In this document: piece after piece, positions 8,473 through 13,693 of the stretch
How the letters are laid out: the number at the start of each line of letters is the position of its first letter
How positions within the stretch are numbered: position 1 is the first letter of the stretch
Source: Octopus sinensis
Taxonomy: Eukaryota
Reading direction: 5' to 3'
NCBI RefSeq assembly: GCF_006345805.1
Contig: NW_021826063.1
Span: 1 to 13,693 of the forward strand
DNA: 13,693 bases
Program-made: the position numbers and the translations under genes
The notes under the pieces: generated by a model
Seen by the model: only the letters and a program-made list of their open reading frames with translations
What the model was told of the DNA's origin: nothing
Database searches by the model: none

Positions 8473-8760
8473 AAAGTCATCTCTCTGCCTCTTTTATCAC
8501 TCCTATAATGGCCTCTATTCCTCAGAAATGACAGTCTCTTGCCGTCTCTATGCATTTCAATCCTAATCGACTTAGCCTCCTCCTATCACGCTTCTTTTGT
8601 CCAACCCTTCAACACTACATTTTACGTGCAGTCCCTCCTTACCCGAATGCCATCCCTCAGGAATACCTTTCCTGCTCATATATTTCCTGCACGCGTTGAC
8701 CAACAAAGATTCAAGGATAACATTAATTCCATAAACTTCGCCGGTGTAGGAGATCTCTGA
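8473..8760 (+). mobile_element. Decayed 3' end of ORF2 from a CR1/Jockey-group LINE
   Basis: One frame gives SSLCLFYHSYNGLYSSEM (cf. the SLxLFYRYYxGxCSxEL motif). After a frameshift it gives YVQSLLTRMPSLRNTFPAHIFPARVDQQRFKDNINSI (cf. SFFPRTxxLWNxLPxxxFPxxxxLxxFKxxV). The stop is at 8758-8760. Confidence 0.72.
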
Positions 8761-9313
8761 AGCCCATGGACATTGTGCCTTCTCATGGACGTAGAAAATG
8801 AACATACACGCGCTCGCACGCATATTAGTTTTACAAGGGAAAAGGCCATTGGGACTTTGAAGTTTCATTGAAATCCCCTTCGGCAGAATGCAAATTTCTC
8901 CGTGCCTCGTCTGGTGGGTGTAACAATGTCACTGCAAACTAAGCATGTACAATAGTAGCATATTCGTGGCATATAAAGAAATGACTTTATGGAGAGTTTG
9001 ATTAGATGGGCGGAAATAACGACTTTGAAGACTGAAAGCTGTTACAGATTAAAGAGGAGGCAGAGAAGGAAGACGAGGGCGCGGAGAATGAAAAGAGGGC
9101 AAAAGTTCATAAGGAGGTGTGGTAAGAGGCTGAAGACATTGAACTTCTCGAACAGTTAACAAACATTTGCTGAATTTTTGCTAAATAGATTCCCTTCCAA
9201 TTTGGTTTTATTTAGGGAAAGGAACTAATGGTTTATTTATGTTATTGTTTAGTTTCATTCAAGTATGTGGTGTGTAAACACAGATTTGGAACAGGTCAAC
9301 CTTAGACGAGCGT

Positions 9314-9777
9314 ATACACACACACACACACACACCACACAAACACCATATAATATTATATATAGATAATATAATGTGTGTGTGTGTGTGTTGTGTGTGT
9401 ATATATGTATATATATATATTTATATGTATGTTTATATATATACATCTATAACACATACATGCATACATGTATATATAAATATATATACATATATATACA
9501 TATATATACATGCATACATATATATATATACATATAATAGATGTATAATATATATTAATACATATACATATATATATGTATATATATATAATATCTATAC
9601 ACACATGCATATATATACCTAAATACATGCATACATATATGTATTTATAAATATGTATACATACATACATATATAGGTGCGTATGTATGCATATATAATA
9701 TATATATAGATATATATAGATATATATACTCAACTGAATATATGTGCATGTGTGTGTGTGTGCGTGTGTGTGTGTGA
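9314..9777. repeat. Compound (CA)/(TG)/(TA)/(TACA) microsatellite region
   Basis: Directly visible. Confidence 0.93.
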
Positions 9778-9932
9778 GGTTTCAAAAAGCAATCCTACTT
9801 TACAGTAAAATGAAGGTCCGTAAGCCGAAATTTCGAAGTCACTACAAATCTTTACCTCGAAAAATAAATCAATTATATTACTCGAATGAAATTTATTGAG
9901 TGATATTTGAATTATGTGCTGAACAAACATTC
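9778..9932 (+). mobile_element. Possible Penelope-like terminal fragment with a degenerate hammerhead
   Basis: aaaatga-aggtccgtaagcc-GAAA-tttcg at about 9807-9835, with AATAAA downstream at about 9864. Embedded in TG/TA microsatellite. Confidence 0.35.
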
Positions 9933-10002
9933 ATATATGTGTGTGTTTGTGTACGTATGTATTCTTATAGACATATATATATATAGGTATAAAAATTATA
10001 TA

Positions 10003-10115
10003 TGAAGAAACAAGAACGTGAAATACACAAAGGGACGAAACAGAAAACAGACGGGTCATTCGAAGCCTTTAATCTTCAGTCAGAAACCTTTAATCTTCAG
10101 TCAGCAAATTTCGGC
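10003..10115 (-). mobile_element. Possible Penelope-like terminal fragment with an 18-bp tandem duplication
   Basis: The minus strand begins gccGAAAtttgc right at a (TA)n junction and contains CTGAAGA twice. cctttaatcttcagtcag occurs at 10066-10083 and 10087-10104. Confidence 0.4.
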
Positions 10116-10148
10116 ATATAATATATATATATATATACTGAGAGAGGG

Positions 10149-10157
10149 AGATGGATG

Positions 10158-10237
<80 letters not shown>
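10149..10237. repeat. (GATA)n microsatellite
   Basis: Directly visible. Confidence 0.97.
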
Positions 10238-10625
10238 TGTTTCTTTATTAGCCACACAGGGCTGCACACAGATAGAACAAATTACAAGGTATAGAGCTTT
10301 TCTTTGAAGGTTTAAAAAAAAAAAAAAAAAAAAAAGGAAGGGGAGTTTCGATCAAAAGGGATCGTAAAGGAAGAGGGGAGACAAAAAAAAGGGGGGTTAA
10401 AAAAAAAAAAAAGGGGGGGGGGAGAGGAAAACAAATTGATCAATAGGGATCGTTATCACAGAAATGTCAATATGAAGTTGTACGGGGGGGGAGGTGAGGT
10501 TTTCCCCGTGGAAAGAAAGCTACGGAAAGACCACGGTAACCTCGGTCAATGAGTCACATTTTTATTTCTTTTTTTTTTTTTTTTTTTGCAAATAAGCAAC
10601 TCTCTGTTTTCGATTTCTGGGTTCA
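10238..10625 (-). mobile_element. LINE-like 3' UTR (L1/Tx1-like) inserted in (GATA)n, 5'-truncated
   Basis: (GATA)n lies on both sides. The minus strand ends ...gtgtggctAATAAAgaaacat-(ATCT)n and carries T- and C-homopolymer runs typical of a 3' UTR. There is no ORF, so the clade is only inferred. Confidence 0.6.
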
Positions 10626-10746
10626 TAGATAGATAGATAGATAGATAGCTATGGATGTCGGTATATAATATATGTACCTATTGCGTCTATCTACAGTGTA
10701 GGTGTCTATACAAGCATATTTTTGCATAAATATTTACGCGCGTATT

Positions 10747-10749
10747 TGT

Positions 10750-10802
<53 letters not shown>

Positions 10803-10830
10803 CGTGTGTGTGTGTGTGTGTGTGTGCGTG
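10747..10830. repeat. (GT)n microsatellite
   Basis: Directly visible. Confidence 0.97.
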
Positions 10831-11329
10831 ACGATGCTCTAAATATTCATACAGCTCTGTAGAATCTGCCTAAGTGGGGGAACCTACTGAAAGACAGGTG
10901 TTCTGCGCATCATTGCAAAACTCTTACGCAGCCTAGCGCACTGGAGCACTTTTTGTGCGCGATCTATTTCCATCTAGCAGTCACGTTGGTTGAGGTGTTG
11001 CTGTTGTACCTACAGACAAAACAGGACACGAACAAACAGAAGATTCGCGCACGGCCTTCTTCCTCCAACCTGTTTTCCACCAACATACTCCTGTACAGGA
11101 TTACAGTCTGCATTCTCTGTGTTTAGTTTTTCCACCGTTACCACCGCCACCACCACTTCAGCGTTTGTCTAAGAATTCTCCCACTCAAAGAGACGACGAC
11201 ATTTGCATATCAAGTCGAAGAAAATACTAAAATAATACATTATAATATAGTCAAACTAAATTTGAAAAATAAAGGAATATTAAATAAATTATACAGAAAT
11301 ATGTGGCAACATCAACTACAACAATGATA

Positions 11330-11511
11330 CTAATAACAATAATAATAATATAATAATATAATATAATAATATAATAATAATATAATAATAATAATAATGA
11401 TGATGATAATAATAATAATAATAATAATATAATAATAATAATGATGATGATGATGATGATAATAATGATGCTAATAATAATATAATAATAATGATACTAA
11501 TAATAATAATG

Positions 11512-11569
<58 letters not shown>

Positions 11570-11619
11570 TGATCTAATGATAATAATAATAATAATATGA
11601 TGATGATAATAAAATAATA

Positions 11620-11659
<40 letters not shown>

Positions 11660-11694
11660 TAATAATAATAATATAATAATATAATAGTAATAAT
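11330..11694. repeat. (AAT)n/(GAT)n microsatellite
   Basis: Directly visible, about 365 bp. Confidence 0.97.
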
Positions 11695-11864
11695 GAGTGG
11701 TTTCGGGTGGACCATGGTTTGGGTTTGGGTTAGGTACCTGGCGTCTGAGCGGTGTCAGGTCGAAGGTTTTTGGAGTTGATCCAAATGAGTTCGGTCTGGA
11801 ACAACACATCAAAAGTGATTAATTAGTGGAACAGCTATTTCTTGGAGCCAATCGACTGGTGTTT

Positions 11865-12605
11865 GAAGGGGGGAGGGAGGTCCAAGGAGTGGGAGGTGGC
11901 GAGTGGGAGGTGGAATGGAGAGGAGAATTCGTGTTGTGGGAGGGGGAGTGAAAATGTGTGAAGATGGAGAGTGTGAGGTGTTGGTGGTGGGGACACATTT
12001 GGAAGAGCAAGAAATAGAGATGAAGGGAGAGATAGGGAGGGATGTAGAGAAGGAATGAGAAAGAAAGAAAGGAAAGGGAAGAGAGAGAGAGAGAGAGAGA
12101 GAGAGAAGTAAATTCAGCAGTAGAAAAAGAACATGAAGAAAACAAAACACGAAAAGAAAAATAAAGGAACAAAATAAAAAGGAAGCGATAGAAGAGTTAA
12201 GAGTGAAGAGAGAAATGCCAAAATAGAGAGAGAGAGAGAGAGAGATAATGAAAAAAGAGAGAGAGAGAGAGAAAGAAAGAAAGAAGAAAGAAGGAGGAAG
12301 GAAGGAAGAAAGAAAGAAAGAAAGAAGAAAGAAAGAAAAAGAAGGAAAAACGAAAGAATGAAGGAAGGAAAGAAAAAAGAAAGAAGAAAGAAAGAATGAA
12401 AGAAAGAATGAAAGAAGAAAGGAAAGAAAGAAGAAAGAAGAAAAGAAGAAAGAAGAAGAAAGAAGAAAAAAGAGAAAAGGACGAGAGAAAAGGAGGGAGA
12501 GAAACGGAGGGGGTCGGAAAGAGGCATACATAGACTTAGAGGGTGAATGAGCTTCTATAAGGAGAATGATGAAAAGAAGAAAGCTAAGGAAGAAGTAAAA
12601 AAAAA
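11865..12605. repeat. Polypurine low-complexity tract ((GA)n, (GAAA)n, (GGAA)n)
   Basis: About 740 bp that are overwhelmingly purine on the + strand. It gives the F/L/S-rich minus-strand ORFs. Confidence 0.92.
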
Positions 12606-12916
12606 ACTCTAGCGGAAATATTGGTTGCAATGAAGCTGATGTTTGAAGATAATTCCAACTCAAGTGACCTGCTGAGCTCAGCAATATGGCGTCCAATAGT
12701 TAAGAAAATACTTCAACGAGGAAATGTCATTTGTAATGTACTCTAAAAGCATGTTCCTTTCTCTGCTGATTGGAATACGTTATTTTATATTATTGAACAT
12801 GACCTAATCTGTTAGTATCAAAGGATGGCCGTGGGCCTTAGTTTCGATCGGCAAATAATATAAAAGCCCTTGCTAGCGCTCAATATATGTAAGACAATAT
12901 ATTTTAAAAACGATTA

Positions 12917-13059
12917 TTATATATTATATATATATATATATTATATATATATATATATATATAATATATAGATAGATAGATAGATAGATATATAGATAGT
13001 AGATAGATAGGTAGGTAGGGGTAGGTAGGTAGGTAGGTAGTAGGTAGGTAGGGAGGTAG

Positions 13060-13099
<40 letters not shown>

Positions 13100-13160
13100 A
13101 GATAGATAGATTATAGGTAGGTAGGTAGATAGATAGATAGATATAGATCGATAGATAGAT

Positions 13161-13230
<70 letters not shown>

Positions 13231-13240
13231 TATATGTGTG
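12917..13240. repeat. (TA)n + (GATA)n/(GGTA)n compound microsatellite
   Basis: Directly visible. Confidence 0.96.
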
Positions 13241-13324
13241 TGTGAACATATACAAATATGATAATATACATATATAACTGATATACATGTGTGTAAATAT
13301 CTGTTTGTATACGTAGAGATATGT

Positions 13325-13373
13325 TATGTATGTATGTAGTATGTATGTATGTATGTATGTATGTATGTGTATG
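13325..13373. repeat. (TATG)n microsatellite
   Basis: Directly visible. Confidence 0.93.
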
Positions 13374-13693
13374 TCAGGTCACTTTTCGAGTGCTACTAGT
13401 AACATGTAACCCAGTACAACCTGCTGCATGGTCGGGTCGTCGGTGACTAAACCGGCAACCCCACCAAGCTCGCTTGGTGAGGAGGGTGTTTATTGGTCAC
13501 CCTGCGGGATGAAAAACAAAACCCGTCAAAGGGCAAAGGAACTCTTGAGAGTCAACGGGCCATCCAATAAATGTCTTAAGGCTGTATCATGCGCGGGACA
13601 TAGAAAAATTGGACTGAATACCCGATCGCGCGGTTAAACCATTGAGTGAAAGACTCCTAGCCTTTGTTAGGGCATCCTTCTAGAGAAGGTAAC
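13374..13693 (+). mobile_element. Probable 5' UTR of an RTE-type LINE, running off the window
   Basis: Abrupt shift from (TATG)n to complex, GC-richer, hairpin-rich sequence. It ends in ttagggcatccttctagagaaggtaac, which resembles a 5' UTR motif I recognise from RTE elements. No coding domain falls inside the window. Confidence 0.45.

Noticed and set aside
9040-9130. Possible plus-strand exon IKEEAEKEDEGAENEKRAKVHKEV with a GTAAGA donor, or an ancient LINE end on the minus strand
   Set aside because: The acceptor lacks a pyrimidine tract and the peptide follows from purine bias. The LINE similarity is too weak to support.
11712-11734. Telomere-like ggtttgggtttgggttagg
   Set aside because: Three imperfect units only, which is compatible with chance.
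11809-12696. 295-aa F/L/S-rich ORF that looks like a membrane protein
   Set aside because: It is the reverse complement of a GAAA/GA polypurine tract.

Overview
Non-coding, repeat-saturated animal DNA. The SINE types and the extreme microsatellite density most resemble an octopus/cephalopod genome; this is inferred from recognition, not from a database search. Almost every long ORF in the track is a translation of a microsatellite (GAT, CAT, TTA, TATC, TATG, ACC, TA, GAAA). No intact host gene is supported. Between the microsatellites lie retroelement pieces: (1) a ~550-bp non-coding element flanked by (TTA)n at 1361-1910; (2) three copies of one tRNA-derived SINE and one CORE-type SINE; (3) a composite minus-strand R4/Dong-like element (2352-3241) in which an N-terminal-like stretch runs in frame straight into the restriction-like endonuclease (RLE) with no reverse transcriptase, and whose 5' end is a 97/99-identical copy of part of element 1; (4) Penelope-like fragments with an inverted 30-bp tail and hammerhead-like folds with altered cores; (5) a decayed CR1/Jockey-type ORF2 end; (6) a LINE-like 3' UTR inside (GATA)n; (7) the probable 5' end of an RTE-type LINE at the right edge. 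The best leads are the RT-less RLE element with its shared module and the variant hammerhead-like motif.
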